The notes: a model not told the origin generated them from the sequence alone. Shown: positions 8,857-18,917, counted from the first letter of the stretch. The stretch is 55,028 nucleotides of DNA from an uncultured Thermoplasmata archaeon (GCA_963996465.1 CAXEHI010000047.1:1-55028), one strand, 5' to 3'. Numbers and translations are program-made.

Positions 8857-11157
8857 ATGAGAAACGAACAAAAAAACAATAATGCATATCTAGCCAGTAT
8901 TCTGACAATGCTTCTTTTAGTATCTTCAATCCCATTACTACACACTGCCCAAGCTAATATGTCTGACAATGTATTTTTCATTGGCGATTCCAGTAACAAG
9001 TCATTTGCCTCATTCAACGGCACAGCTTCTTACAATGTAGAAGTCACATCCGATTCAGATATCTCATTGTTTATGGGTCTTCGTTATATAGAAAATTCTA
9101 CCGACATTATAGATTGGGATCCTAGTATTGCTACCTTTATTTATGCCGGAGAAATATCTACATCAAATTACACGTTAGACGTTGGCCCCGGTACACATGT
9201 GGTTACAATATCTATTGATATCCCTTCAAACACAGAAGATTTCGATAATGGCCGGTATCTTGCCAGATTCGGTTTCTGTACGGCTCCTTGTGATTATGAA
9301 AATACAGATGATAATACCTGGTTCCCAAGATTGGGTATGATGGAGATTAGAGACTGGGTCGTTCTAGCAGATGAAGACATCGGCTATGTAGACGCAGGCG
9401 GCACGGAACGTGTAGATAATATAGTTCTCAAAAATCTATTAAGAGATGAAGATGGAAACTCCGTTAGACTATCCCAATCAGTAAGTGTAAACACAGATAC
9501 CAGTTCTTTAACAGGTGGGATTCTAACTGCATTCGACTCCTCAGGCCTTTCTTCAGATTATGATTTTGATGACATAGATGCAGGTCAAAACTACATTACA
9601 GTCGGCGGGTTGAAAGATGAAGAGATGCCTTTACCTTTGGACGTAACACTTTCTCCAACAACAAGTGTTGTTTATTGTCCATCCACACCATCTGTTATAA
9701 GTTTCTTAGCTGTAGATGATGAAGAATATAGGCAGTTTGAAGATGGATTCGGCCCCGGTATTGCAGTAGGTATAACTGCAAATCCATACTCTCTTGTATA
9801 TTTCAGTTCAGATTCAATATCAGAAGAAGCAAACACATGGAATGGTGATGAATATGAATCAACCGAAGTCAATTTCAATATAGATTTAGAAAATGGCGGT
9901 AATATTTACGATTCTTTCGACGTTTCTCTAACTTTAGATTCTAATTGGAATAGTGATTGGGGCTTAGTCGCCAATTTAGACGGGGTTCTTCCATTCGACG
10001 ATGATATTGATGGAACTCATCGAACTGAAGAGCTAGAATATCAAAATGCTGCTTCACGACCTTGTAATTCTTTGTATCATGAAAGTGATGCAGATAGGGA
10101 TACTCTAGGTCTTGCATTGAAGTTCACAGTCCCTGCTAACGCTCAAGTAGGAGAAACTGGAGGAGTAACATTACACGCATCTTCCGCTACCGACCCAACT
10201 GTTAGTACAGAACAACATTTCTTAGTAACTGTTGCCCAACATTATGCAGTAGATGTTGCATTCACTTCACTTACAACAGTTGAAACAGATCCCGAATCAA
10301 CAGCACAATTCAATTTTACAGTTACTAATGGCGGTAATGGAGAAGACACTTTCAATATAATGTCAACAGCATCTTCAGATTGGAATCCATCTCTGAGTTC
10401 TTCAATGATAACTTTAGGAGTTAATGAAGTTTATACGGGTCATATGTCTATGACTGTGCCTGAAGGTATGTTGTTCGGTGAAACTAGCGGCGCTGTCAAA
10501 ATATCCGCTCACAGTAATGGAGATCCTGCAGACGAATGGGATGATGAAAATGGTGACGGTGTTTGGAATCAAGGTGTAGAGCAATTAACTGTAGATCACA
10601 ATGGAAACGCCGCCTATGATGCAGGAACTCATGATGGCATTTATGTTCAAGTCAAAGTTAGCCAAGTTCACGATGTTGAATTTAATTATTATGTCAACGA
10701 GTCAAAAGTTATGATTTCAACTATTGAAATTTATACAGACACTACTACTATTATCAACATTAATGCTACTAACGTTGGCAACGGCGCCGATCAAATTCGT
10801 TTTGAAATATCAAGTCTTTCTGCTGAAAATGCAGCAAATTGGCTAGAAATCGTTCAAGATGTTGAATATCTAAGTCCAGGCGATTCCGTTACAGTATCGA
10901 TAAAGGCCACACCTTACCTAACCACTGTACCTGATACCTATACTTTCACACTTACAGCAATGAGTTACGGCACAATTAATAGCGGGGAAAGCCAAATCCT
11001 AACTGTAATAGTACAACAACGGGAAACTCTACCGGACGGTGGCCAAACAGTTGAAGATATAGAAGAAGGAGGCCTTCTAGGCATTCCAGGTTTCGAACTA
11101 GTAGGTGTACTCCTATCATTAGCAGCTATATCGTTATCTCGCAGACCTAAATTTTAG
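8857..11157 (+). CDS. Acidic cell-surface protein with Ig-like (NxGNxxD) repeats and PGF-CTERM sorting signal
   Basis: Signal peptide; repeats NGGNIYDSF, NGGNGEDTF, NVGNGADQI; C-terminal IPGF + hydrophobic helix + RRPK. Confidence 0.8.
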   Translation: MRNEQKNNNAYLASILTMLLLVSSIPLLHTAQANMSDNVFFIGDSSNKSFASFNGTASYNVEVTSDSDISLFMGLRYIENSTDIIDWDPSIATFIYAGEISTSNYTLDVGPGTHVVTISIDIPSNTEDFDNGRYLARFGFCTAPCDYENTDDNTWFPRLGMMEIRDWVVLADEDIGYVDAGGTERVDNIVLKNLLRDEDGNSVRLSQSVSVNTDTSSLTGGILTAFDSSGLSSDYDFDDIDAGQNYITVGGLKDEEMPLPLDVTLSPTTSVVYCPSTPSVISFLAVDDEEYRQFEDGFGPGIAVGITANPYSLVYFSSDSISEEANTWNGDEYESTEVNFNIDLENGGNIYDSFDVSLTLDSNWNSDWGLVANLDGVLPFDDDIDGTHRTEELEYQNAASRPCNSLYHESDADRDTLGLALKFTVPANAQVGETGGVTLHASSATDPTVSTEQHFLVTVAQHYAVDVAFTSLTTVETDPESTAQFNFTVTNGGNGEDTFNIMSTASSDWNPSLSSSMITLGVNEVYTGHMSMTVPEGMLFGETSGAVKISAHSNGDPADEWDDENGDGVWNQGVEQLTVDHNGNAAYDAGTHDGIYVQVKVSQVHDVEFNYYVNESKVMISTIEIYTDTTTIININATNVGNGADQIRFEISSLSAENAANWLEIVQDVEYLSPGDSVTVSIKATPYLTTVPDTYTFTLTAMSYGTINSGESQILTVIVQQRETLPDGGQTVEDIEEGGLLGIPGFELVGVLLSLAAISLSRRPKF

Positions 11158-11173
11158 TCGTTCCTCATATGCT

Positions 11174-12007
11174 ATGAACTCTGAAAAAGTATCATCGTTG
11201 TTAGATTCATGGCTCGATGAAGATTCTGCATTGCAAGATATTACTACACAGGTTATAGATTCTAAAAAAGATGCAGAATTCATAGTTACTGGCGGTCCAG
11301 GCATTCTATCAGGTTCTGTCATCACTAATCATTTATTGTCAAAAACGGGCTTACTATGTAAATTTTTAAAATCAGATGGAGATATTATATCAAAAAACGA
11401 TACAATCGCACTCATATCTGGCGATTTTAATCTTATTCTTTCCAGAGAACGTTTATTTTTGAATCTTCTTTCACATTTAAGTGGTATATCAACTCTAACT
11501 AGACAACTCGTAGATCTTGTAATTTCTATAAATCCCAATACAACTGTTTTAGCTACTCGAAAAACAACACCAGGATTGCGCTTTTTAGAAAAAGAAGCAG
11601 TTATTCACGGTGGAGGCGCACCTCACAGATTCGACTTAAATGAAGCAATATTAGTAAAAGATAACCACTTAAATTTCATAGACAACATCGAAACTTACGT
11701 ACAAAATGCTAAACACAATTACCCCGATAAAAAAATAGAAATAGAAGCAGATAATATCGATCAAGCTTTAACCTTCTCTAGACTGCCAATAGATAGACTG
11801 ATGTTAGACAATTTCACTCCCGAAGAAGCAAAAACAACATATTTAAAAATAAAAAAGGAAAATCCATCATTAGAAATTGAAATTTCAGGAGGGTTAAATA
11901 AAGACAATATACTCGACTATGCAAATTATGCAGATTTCCTAAGTCTCAGTCAATTAACAATGGGTTCAATACCGGTTGATTTCTCAATACATGTTAACAA
12001 AAATTAG
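11174..12007 (+). CDS. nadC: Quinolinate phosphoribosyltransferase
   Basis: TRKTTPGLR, HRFDL, LVKDNH, MLDNF, EISGG. Confidence 0.95.
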   Translation: MNSEKVSSLLDSWLDEDSALQDITTQVIDSKKDAEFIVTGGPGILSGSVITNHLLSKTGLLCKFLKSDGDIISKNDTIALISGDFNLILSRERLFLNLLSHLSGISTLTRQLVDLVISINPNTTVLATRKTTPGLRFLEKEAVIHGGGAPHRFDLNEAILVKDNHLNFIDNIETYVQNAKHNYPDKKIEIEADNIDQALTFSRLPIDRLMLDNFTPEEAKTTYLKIKKENPSLEIEISGGLNKDNILDYANYADFLSLSQLTMGSIPVDFSIHVNKN

Positions 12008-12437
12008 AATTTTAGATTTGGGTCAGGACGATCCAAAAAAATGCACTGCACAACGCCTCGCACGTTTTGAATTAGCAGAATTATATCACAGAATATCAAA
12101 CTTACCACAAATGGGCATTCTTTTAGATCCATACTGTGAAAGACCAATGGACATATCTGACAAACTTTTAGTTGAAGTAGGGGGTCTAGTCGCTGTTGAT
12201 TGCTCATGGAAAAACGCCTCTAATTTGTTCCCTAAACTACAGCTACATGGACTAGAGCCAAGAAGCTTACCAGAAATAATCCCAGTAAACCCTGTAAATT
12301 CAGGAAAAATAGGAAAATTAACTACAGCAGAAGCATTGGCTGCAAGTTTAATGATAGCAGGCTTCGAAGAAGACGCCTCAGAATTGATGTCAATTTTCAA
12401 ATGGGGCCCATCTTTTTTACGTTTAAACAGTTTCTAA
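11991..12437 (+). CDS. tsr3: rRNA aminocarboxypropyltransferase Tsr3 (DUF367)
   Basis: DDPKKCT, DCSW, NPVN, LTTAEALAA, FKWG. Likely ATG at 11991. Confidence 0.9.
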   Translation: MLTKIRILDLGQDDPKKCTAQRLARFELAELYHRISNLPQMGILLDPYCERPMDISDKLLVEVGGLVAVDCSWKNASNLFPKLQLHGLEPRSLPEIIPVNPVNSGKIGKLTTAEALAASLMIAGFEEDASELMSIFKWGPSFLRLNSF

Positions 12438-12480
12438 ATCGGCAGGGAGACTTTTTTACCATCCCATCTTAACACCTTCT

Positions 12481-13659
12481 GTGGTAATTTTTGATGTAAT
12501 CGTTATAGGCGGCGGACCTTCAGGTGCATCTGCAGCTAGAGAGGTGGCCGAACGAGGCTTATCTGTGGCCATTTTCGATCATACACACCCTAGAAGGAAA
12601 GCGTGCGGTGGAGGTCTTCCAGTCAAGGGTATTGAATGGATGGATGCCCCAGATGAAGCGATAGAGTGTAACATCAGTTCTATTTCCTTCAAACTCGATG
12701 ATATAAAATTGAAAATCCCTGTAAACAAGGGTAAATATGTAAGAAGAGACGATTGGGATCATTATCTGTTTAACAGGGCAGAAGAAGCAGGTGCGAAATT
12801 ATTCAAAGAGCGTGTTGTAAAAATCGAAAAAGAAGATAATTTATGGAATATAAATGATTCATATCAATCAAAATACATTATAGGTGCAGATGGCGTAAAT
12901 GGAATTTCAAGAAAAACGTTTTCAAGCAAGATACCCAGAGATCATCTTTTCTCAGCTTTTGGCTATTATTTAGACATACAACCAAAAGAAAACGAAATGG
13001 AATTCATAGTCGGACATCTTCCAGGAGAGGAAGGTTACATTTGGGTTTTTCCAAAGAAAGATCATTACAATGTAGGCATCTGTTACAATGCACGAACTTC
13101 CGGTATGAGGGATGCGTTGGATAATTATGTCAAAGATAGATGGCCTGGTGAAAAAATTGCTGGTAAAAAATGGAAATTAGATGAAACCGGCGAAGAAGTT
13201 GATTGCATACCATTTGGCTCTGCTATACCTTCTTACAATAATAAAAAACTGTTCGATGCACCTATTTCTGGCCCTGATTGGGTATTATGTGGTGATGCAG
13301 CAGGTCATGTTAACCCCATACACGGAGAAGGACTAAATCACGCAGTTTTAGGGGGCCGTTTAGCAGCACAAGCCGTTTCTGAAGGAGACCCTACTAAATT
13401 CGAAGATTACTGGAGAGATCATTATCGCGAAGATATGTATCACGCAGTGACTGTTAAACATCAAATCTATCGTTCATGGTTCCTCAAACTCGCTTTTAAA
13501 TTAGGCAGAACTCCAACTCTTTTTCATCTTCTCTCATCAATAGTCAGAGATGAAGATAAACAATCTATGTCGGTCTTTAAATTCTGGTATAAACTTCCTT
13601 TAGCTTTCATACAAGCTTTGTTCGGCATGTCTCATCAATCACTTAAAAGTGAGACATAA
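12481..13659 (+). CDS. Geranylgeranyl reductase-family flavoprotein
   Basis: GGGPSG, KACGGG, GADG, YIWVFP, GDAAG..NP..GEG. Confidence 0.85.
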   Translation: MVIFDVIVIGGGPSGASAAREVAERGLSVAIFDHTHPRRKACGGGLPVKGIEWMDAPDEAIECNISSISFKLDDIKLKIPVNKGKYVRRDDWDHYLFNRAEEAGAKLFKERVVKIEKEDNLWNINDSYQSKYIIGADGVNGISRKTFSSKIPRDHLFSAFGYYLDIQPKENEMEFIVGHLPGEEGYIWVFPKKDHYNVGICYNARTSGMRDALDNYVKDRWPGEKIAGKKWKLDETGEEVDCIPFGSAIPSYNNKKLFDAPISGPDWVLCGDAAGHVNPIHGEGLNHAVLGGRLAAQAVSEGDPTKFEDYWRDHYREDMYHAVTVKHQIYRSWFLKLAFKLGRTPTLFHLLSSIVRDEDKQSMSVFKFWYKLPLAFIQALFGMSHQSLKSET

Positions 13660-13719
13660 TTTCTTGGATTACTTTTATTAAACCCTAGTCCTGAGTGCAT
13701 CACCTATTCGGTGAGAGCA

Positions 13720-13998
13720 ATGAAAATTCCACGTAGAATAAAGCTTTACAGTCCATTTGCTAAAAAACACACTATTCATGAAGTTGAATTAGTCAAGAAA
13801 AAGCGCGCTTCTGAATTAGCGAGAGGACAAAGACTATTCCGAAGAGTAACATCAGGTTATGGCGGGTTTCCAAGACCAAAACCAGAGGGAAGGGAAAAAC
13901 CATCTAAGAGGGTATATGTTCGTTACAGATGTACAGAAACGGGAAAAGCTCATCATCGTAAAAATATAAGAGCTAAGAAATTCGAAATGACGGAGTAA
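13720..13998 (+). CDS. rpl44e: 50S ribosomal protein L44e
   Basis: MKIPRRIK..KKHT.HEV, GQR, GYGGFPRP. Zn ligands are partly lost. Confidence 0.95.
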   Translation: MKIPRRIKLYSPFAKKHTIHEVELVKKKRASELARGQRLFRRVTSGYGGFPRPKPEGREKPSKRVYVRYRCTETGKAHHRKNIRAKKFEMTE

Positions 13999-14002
13999 AA
14001 AT

Positions 14003-14179
14003 ATGAATAATTTAAAGAGCAAGTTCCTAAAAGTTAAATGTTCAGATTGTGCTAACGAATCTGTTTTATTCAATAAAGTTTCCTCATCAGTTTCTTGTCA
14101 ATTCTGCGGTTCGTCTTTAGCGTCTTCAACAGGAGGCACTGCAAACATAACAGCAGAAATTGTGGAGGAACTTGATTGA
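14003..14179 (+). CDS. rps27e: 30S ribosomal protein S27e; not in the ORF track
   Basis: Manual translation SKFLKVKCSDCANE...VSCQFCGSSLASSTGG (58 aa); conserved operon position. Confidence 0.95.
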   Translation: MNNLKSKFLKVKCSDCANESVLFNKVSSSVSCQFCGSSLASSTGGTANITAEIVEELD

Positions 14180-14955
14180 GCAATGATATTTCCTTAGTCG
14201 AAGAAGGTGATTTTTTAGTTGCTAGGGTTGCAGAAGTAAAAAATTACGGAGCGATTCTCAATCTCATCGAGTACGAAGGAGAACAAGGATTCGTTCACAT
14301 TTCAGAGGTAACTTCCGGGTGGATTAAATATATTCGAGATTTTATTAGAGAAGGGCAGATGGTCGTCTGCAAAGTTGTAAAATCAAAAGCAGATGCTAAA
14401 AGAGGAATGGTTGATCTAAGCATTCGTCAAGTTTCAGGACATAAAAAAAAGGCAAAGATACGTGAATGGAAAAACGAACAAAAAGCTTCAAAATTATTTC
14501 AAATACTTTCAGAAGGATTAGGTATGAAAGCAGATGAATCTTCAGAAGCAATTACTCATTTGAAAGATACGTACAATTCGCTGTATTCTGCTTTTGAATC
14601 GGCTATTTCAGATGAGGATAATTTCAGAAAAAATAATAATGGCCTATGGGTTGAAGAGCTACTTAAAACAGCTAAAAACAATATAGTTTCACCTTTCGTT
14701 AATATAGAAGGTATTCTCACATTGACTTCTAACGATCCCGATGGCATCTCTATTATCAAAGAAGCTCTTTTACTCCCAACTCCTAAAAATAAGGATTCTA
14801 AAATAGATATATCTACTGATGGAGCTCCAAACTATAGAGTTAAAATCACATCATCCGATTATCGCCAAGCCGAAGAGGAGATGAAAGGGTCTGTAGACGT
14901 GGTAATAGATTTCATTAAATCGAAAGGTGGCCAAGGATCTTTTGCGAGGGTATAA
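14176..14955 (+). CDS. eif2a: Translation initiation factor 2 alpha
   Basis: S1 domain GFVHISEV.SGWIK, DLSIR, GAPNYR; operon position. Confidence 0.95.
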   Translation: MSNDISLVEEGDFLVARVAEVKNYGAILNLIEYEGEQGFVHISEVTSGWIKYIRDFIREGQMVVCKVVKSKADAKRGMVDLSIRQVSGHKKKAKIREWKNEQKASKLFQILSEGLGMKADESSEAITHLKDTYNSLYSAFESAISDEDNFRKNNNGLWVEELLKTAKNNIVSPFVNIEGILTLTSNDPDGISIIKEALLLPTPKNKDSKIDISTDGAPNYRVKITSSDYRQAEEEMKGSVDVVIDFIKSKGGQGSFARV

Positions 14956-15113
14956 TGCGTTCTTTATTTTTGAAATGTACTGAATGCAATATTTACACTC
15001 AAAAACAAATTTGTAAAAATTGTAATTCTAAAACAATCAACCCACTACCTCCAAAATATTCTCCTGAAGATAAATACGGTAAATATAGGAGAAAAGCACT
15101 ACAACAAAAATGA
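14955..15113 (+). CDS. nop10: H/ACA RNP protein Nop10; not in the ORF track
   Basis: Manual translation KCTECNIYT...CKNC...PPKYSPEDKYGKYRR (52 aa). Confidence 0.95.
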   Translation: MRSLFLKCTECNIYTQKQICKNCNSKTINPLPPKYSPEDKYGKYRRKALQQK

Positions 15114-15871
15114 GTTTTTTAGAAATTTCCGTCACAGATAAACCGGCATTAAACAATGCGTTTCTAATAGAGGGATTGCCAGGAATAGGAAATGTGGGGA
15201 AATTGGCTGTTAACCATTTAATAAGTGCATTAAATGCAAAAAAAAGCTTAGAAATTTATTCTTCTTCATTGCCTCCACAAGTCACTATCAAAGAAGGAGG
15301 TATAGTCAGCCTCATTAATAACGAATTTCACTACTACAAAAATTCTAAAAATAAACGAGATATTATTTTTTTAACAGGCGAACACCAAGGTTTAGATCAC
15401 GAAGGTCAGTATGCTTTATGTATTAAAATATTAGAATTGGCCAAAGAAATGGGCGTTACAGAAGTCATTACATTAGGGGGGTATGGGTTAGGTAAAATCG
15501 TTGAAAATCCACGAGTTTTAGGTGCTGCTACTTCTTCTTCAATGGTAAAAAAACTGAAAAAAGCAGGTGTTCATTTTTCAACAGAACAAGAAGAGAGTAG
15601 TGCAGGTATCGTTGGAGCATCTGGTCTTTTGTTAGGATTAGGGAGATTACAAGGTCTGGAAGGGGGTTGTCTAATGGGTGAAACTAGCGGTTATATGGCC
15701 GATCCAAAATCGGCTAGAGAAATATTATTAATATTACAAAAATTACTCTCTTTAGATTTAGATTTATCTGATTTAGATGAAAAAATCGAAAAAATCGGCG
15801 CACTAACTAAACACCTTACAGGCATGACTCATTCAGACGATTCAGAAATAGATATTAGTTATATCGAATAA
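15110..15871 (+). CDS. Proteasome assembly chaperone PAC2 family
   Basis: EGLPGIGNVGK, TLGGY, GIVGASGLL, LMGETSG; follows nop10. Confidence 0.9.
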   Translation: MSFLEISVTDKPALNNAFLIEGLPGIGNVGKLAVNHLISALNAKKSLEIYSSSLPPQVTIKEGGIVSLINNEFHYYKNSKNKRDIIFLTGEHQGLDHEGQYALCIKILELAKEMGVTEVITLGGYGLGKIVENPRVLGAATSSSMVKKLKKAGVHFSTEQEESSAGIVGASGLLLGLGRLQGLEGGCLMGETSGYMADPKSAREILLILQKLLSLDLDLSDLDEKIEKIGALTKHLTGMTHSDDSEIDISYIE

Positions 15872-15875
15872 TTAT

Positions 15876-17708
15876 TCAATCATTAGAATTATGTACTTCT
15901 ATTACGAATAATAACAATCCATCATTCCCATCGATAGCAGTCCCAATCATAGAATTATCCGTTTCTCGTTCTAAATAATATCCATAACCCCCATTGGGTT
16001 CAATAGTTTTTTGATATTCAGCCAAATTAAAATTTCCATTCCATAAATCCAATATCAAAGTTCCAATATCTAAAGTATCAAAATCTAGACCCACTGTTGG
16101 TGCCATCGCACTCTGTCCAATTGTAAGTGTGAGTCTATTATGATTTATTTCATTACCAACTAAACCATCGTACGATGCCCACGAAGCAACTTCTTCCCAA
16201 GATGAAAATATTTCTTCAGCAGAAGAAACAGTTAGAGGATTGCTTAGAGTACATTCTGTAGATTCACTTTCTCCGTTTAAACAAGGCTCCATTACTATAG
16301 GATTTTCACTCTGTGTTGCGTTTGAAGATATCAACCCACTCTTATTTGCCCTTATGTTGTATCTATCAGTTACCCCCTCTCCTTCACTGCTATATCCAAA
16401 TGTCACATTCCATTCTTCAGTTTGATTAGTGTAAACAGCATTAGTAACGTATGCATTTTCATATTGTTGCAAGTAATTTCCAAATTCAACGTCATTATCT
16501 TCTGCTATTTGTATAGCATCTTGCACTGTCCAATTCTCATCAAGACTAGTAGGCCTATTTCCAAAATCAGGCGCCCTCCCATTCCACGATTTAAACTCAC
16601 CTTGATCATTAGGTCCCGAAATACCATCTCCTGTAGGTTTTGGTACAACCTCATTTCCTTTACTGAAAAAAGCCCCTCCTTCAATAACTGTACCACCATA
16701 ATTGAATTCTACATCAAATATTTTTTGATTGCTAACACTAACAAAAAACGTTACTGCATAATCAAATTTTAACGGCAAAAAGCTTTCTTCTGAAATGTAT
16801 AAATCTAATACATAGGAGTAGTTATAATCAAGTAATCCTATTTCACTTTCACAATATTGATTTCCATAACAATAAGTCTGTATTCTCAGTTTTACAGTTT
16901 CATATCCTTCTATCTTTTTACCTTCTAAGACGCTCCATTTCAAATCAAAACCATTTGAGATATCAGTTCCACTTGTACCTACTATCAAATTTTTCCCTTC
17001 GTATAAGTTCGTATGGGGCAAAAGTCCATGATTACTAGTTCTAGGTACCCAACTCACTAATTTTTGAGACCCCCATACTCCGCTAATAATCGAGAGATTA
17101 CTCTCACTTTCTGATTTAATCGTTTCACCATTTTGTACCGTTACATATTCTTTTTGTTTTACATATACTTTCCCACCACTAATTTGTAGGGTTTCATCAT
17201 TCTCCGATACAAACTCACCTTGTACATGACTTAGATCCAATTGAGCTTCTCTAACGAAAACACCCTGACTTTCTCCATATCCATCTTTAACAGTGCTCGC
17301 CTGCTGTTTAGTGGCAGTATCCATTATTCCAGCATAACTCAAATTAATTCTTTTTACCTCAATATCTGTGCCAACTAAATTAATAGGTATTGTAGTCTGT
17401 TCACTTTCTACTCTTAAATCACCAGATACATCATATCCAATTGAATCCCCATATCTTTCACTCGGTACTAAAATTTCTGTAGAATTGCCACTTATCAATA
17501 ACCAAAAACTAGTAGCTAAGAGAATCATCACTACAACACTAGCTGCTACTACTGCTTTGTTTATCTCATTTTTAACGGGAGGTACATTTCGCTCTTCATC
17601 ATTTTCAGATTTTGAATATATATTTTCCGAAGGCGCAGATAAATCTATTTCAGCCTTCTCTGAATCTTCCTCTTCTGAATCCCAAAGTTTTTCTGTGTTT
17701 TCTGCCAA
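15876..17708 (-). CDS. Single-pass membrane protein with large extracellular beta-rich domain, function unknown
   Basis: 610-aa ORF: acidic N-terminus, one TM helix, many N-glycosylation sequons. Confidence 0.7.
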   Translation of the reverse strand: MAENTEKLWDSEEEDSEKAEIDLSAPSENIYSKSENDEERNVPPVKNEINKAVVAASVVVMILLATSFWLLISGNSTEILVPSERYGDSIGYDVSGDLRVESEQTTIPINLVGTDIEVKRINLSYAGIMDTATKQQASTVKDGYGESQGVFVREAQLDLSHVQGEFVSENDETLQISGGKVYVKQKEYVTVQNGETIKSESESNLSIISGVWGSQKLVSWVPRTSNHGLLPHTNLYEGKNLIVGTSGTDISNGFDLKWSVLEGKKIEGYETVKLRIQTYCYGNQYCESEIGLLDYNYSYVLDLYISEESFLPLKFDYAVTFFVSVSNQKIFDVEFNYGGTVIEGGAFFSKGNEVVPKPTGDGISGPNDQGEFKSWNGRAPDFGNRPTSLDENWTVQDAIQIAEDNDVEFGNYLQQYENAYVTNAVYTNQTEEWNVTFGYSSEGEGVTDRYNIRANKSGLISSNATQSENPIVMEPCLNGESESTECTLSNPLTVSSAEEIFSSWEEVASWASYDGLVGNEINHNRLTLTIGQSAMAPTVGLDFDTLDIGTLILDLWNGNFNLAEYQKTIEPNGGYGYYLERETDNSMIGTAIDGNDGLLLFVIEVHNSND

Positions 17709-17718
17709 GCTATCCCAC

Positions 17719-18039
17719 TCACGCCTTAGTAAGTACTGTCAAAAAGACTACCGCCGCCATTCCTACCCCTAAAATCACTCCGGCTATAGATATCAAAGCA
17801 TTGACAATAATGTAATTATTTTCAATTGAAAAATCCAATGAATCAATAAATAGAATAAACAAAATCAAACCCATTATGGTCAGAATATATTTCATATCAT
17901 TTTGTTTAGAATAACAAAATAAAATTATACTAATCATTAGACAAGAAAATCCAATACTTCCTATTATCATAAATAAAAAAATCCCTACACTTAGCCCATA
18001 ATCTAACACAATATTTTCTACATTAAATGCCCCGATCAT
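17719..18039 (-). CDS. Small 3-TM membrane protein
   Basis: Hydrophobic ORF; ATG at 18039 preceded by GGGGTGG. Similar layout to the adjacent ORF. Confidence 0.65.
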   Translation of the reverse strand: MIGAFNVENIVLDYGLSVGIFLFMIIGSIGFSCLMISIILFCYSKQNDMKYILTIMGLILFILFIDSLDFSIENNYIIVNALISIAGVILGVGMAAVVFLTVLTKA

Positions 18040-18439
18040 CTTCCACCCCCTCATTCATTTCCCGCTCTAATTTTTTCAATTCTTCTTCTAAATCAACATC
18101 TTCAAAATCATTATTTTCATTACCTATATTTTTATTTTTTATCCTCGATAAAACCTTAAAAATTAGGAGGCAAGAACTTACACATCCAATCGTAACTCCT
18201 ATAGTTGATACAACCCCTATTTCAATCCAATTATCGGGGGGTCTACTTACATTTAATATTATAATAAAAACAAGTATTCCAAACATTCCCGTTATTATTC
18301 CAATCTTTTTATTTCTTCCCATTCCATAATATGTTGTAATAATGCCTAATATTACAAATCCAATACCAATTCCCATTGCAAACATAAATGAAAAATAAGA
18401 CAATCCCAGTGAAAGAATATTTTCAAATATAATGCCCAT
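18023..18439 (-). CDS. Small 3-TM membrane protein with acidic tail
   Basis: TM-TYYGMGRNKKIG-TM-TM layout. Confidence 0.7.
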   Translation of the reverse strand: MGIIFENILSLGLSYFSFMFAMGIGIGFVILGIITTYYGMGRNKKIGIITGMFGILVFIIILNVSRPPDNWIEIGVVSTIGVTIGCVSSCLLIFKVLSRIKNKNIGNENNDFEDVDLEEELKKLEREMNEGVEDDRGI

Positions 18440-18539
18440 ATTTTACTAAATAAGTCTGTACTTTTATGCTTTTTTTATCGTCGAGACGTCGTCGGTTAGA
18501 TATTTATACCTGTCACAAATCGTAAAGTGGTGCAATATT

Positions 18540-18770
18540 ATGGCCGAAGTAGTAAACAACACAAATGTTAGCAAAGAACCGGGATATCTCTACTATCTAG
18601 ATAAAGATGGAGATGTTTCAAGAACAAAGATGGCTCGCGGTGGCAAGAAAACCGGCGCAGGTCCTGAAAAAGTCAAAATCGCAGGAGTAAAGAGAGAAGA
18701 AGGACACCTGTACTTTATTGACAAGGGTGGCAACGTCGCAAGAGCTAAAATGGCTCGAGGACGCGGCTAG
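18540..18770 (+). CDS. Small basic two-repeat protein, CC1-like chromatin/DNA-binding candidate
   Basis: Internal repeat VSKEPGYLYYLDKDGDVSRTKMARG / VKREEGHLYFIDKGGNVARAKMARG; own TATA-like site (TTTATA near 18503). Confidence 0.65.
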   Translation: MAEVVNNTNVSKEPGYLYYLDKDGDVSRTKMARGGKKTGAGPEKVKIAGVKREEGHLYFIDKGGNVARAKMARGRG

Positions 18771-18816
18771 ATATATTATAAATATATCTTATCTTAATCG
18801 CCCACTGGTATCCTAA

Positions 18817-18903
18817 GCAGAGGTCGCTTAGCCCGGTATAGCGCCGGCCTTGAAAGCCGGTGGGCAATTGCCCTCGGGGGTTCAAATCCCTCCCTCTGCG
18901 CCA
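18817..18903 (+). tRNA. tRNA-Ser(TGA)
   Basis: GCAGAGG/CCTCTGC acceptor, CCGGC-CTTGAAA-GCCGG, long variable arm, G73 then CCA. Confidence 0.96.
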
Positions 18904-18917
18904 CTGTTTTATTTTTT

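Noticed and set aside
18478-18496. CG-rich quasi-palindrome TCGTCGAGACGTCGTCGG
   Set aside because: Only a short core is symmetric and it occurs once, which is insufficient support.
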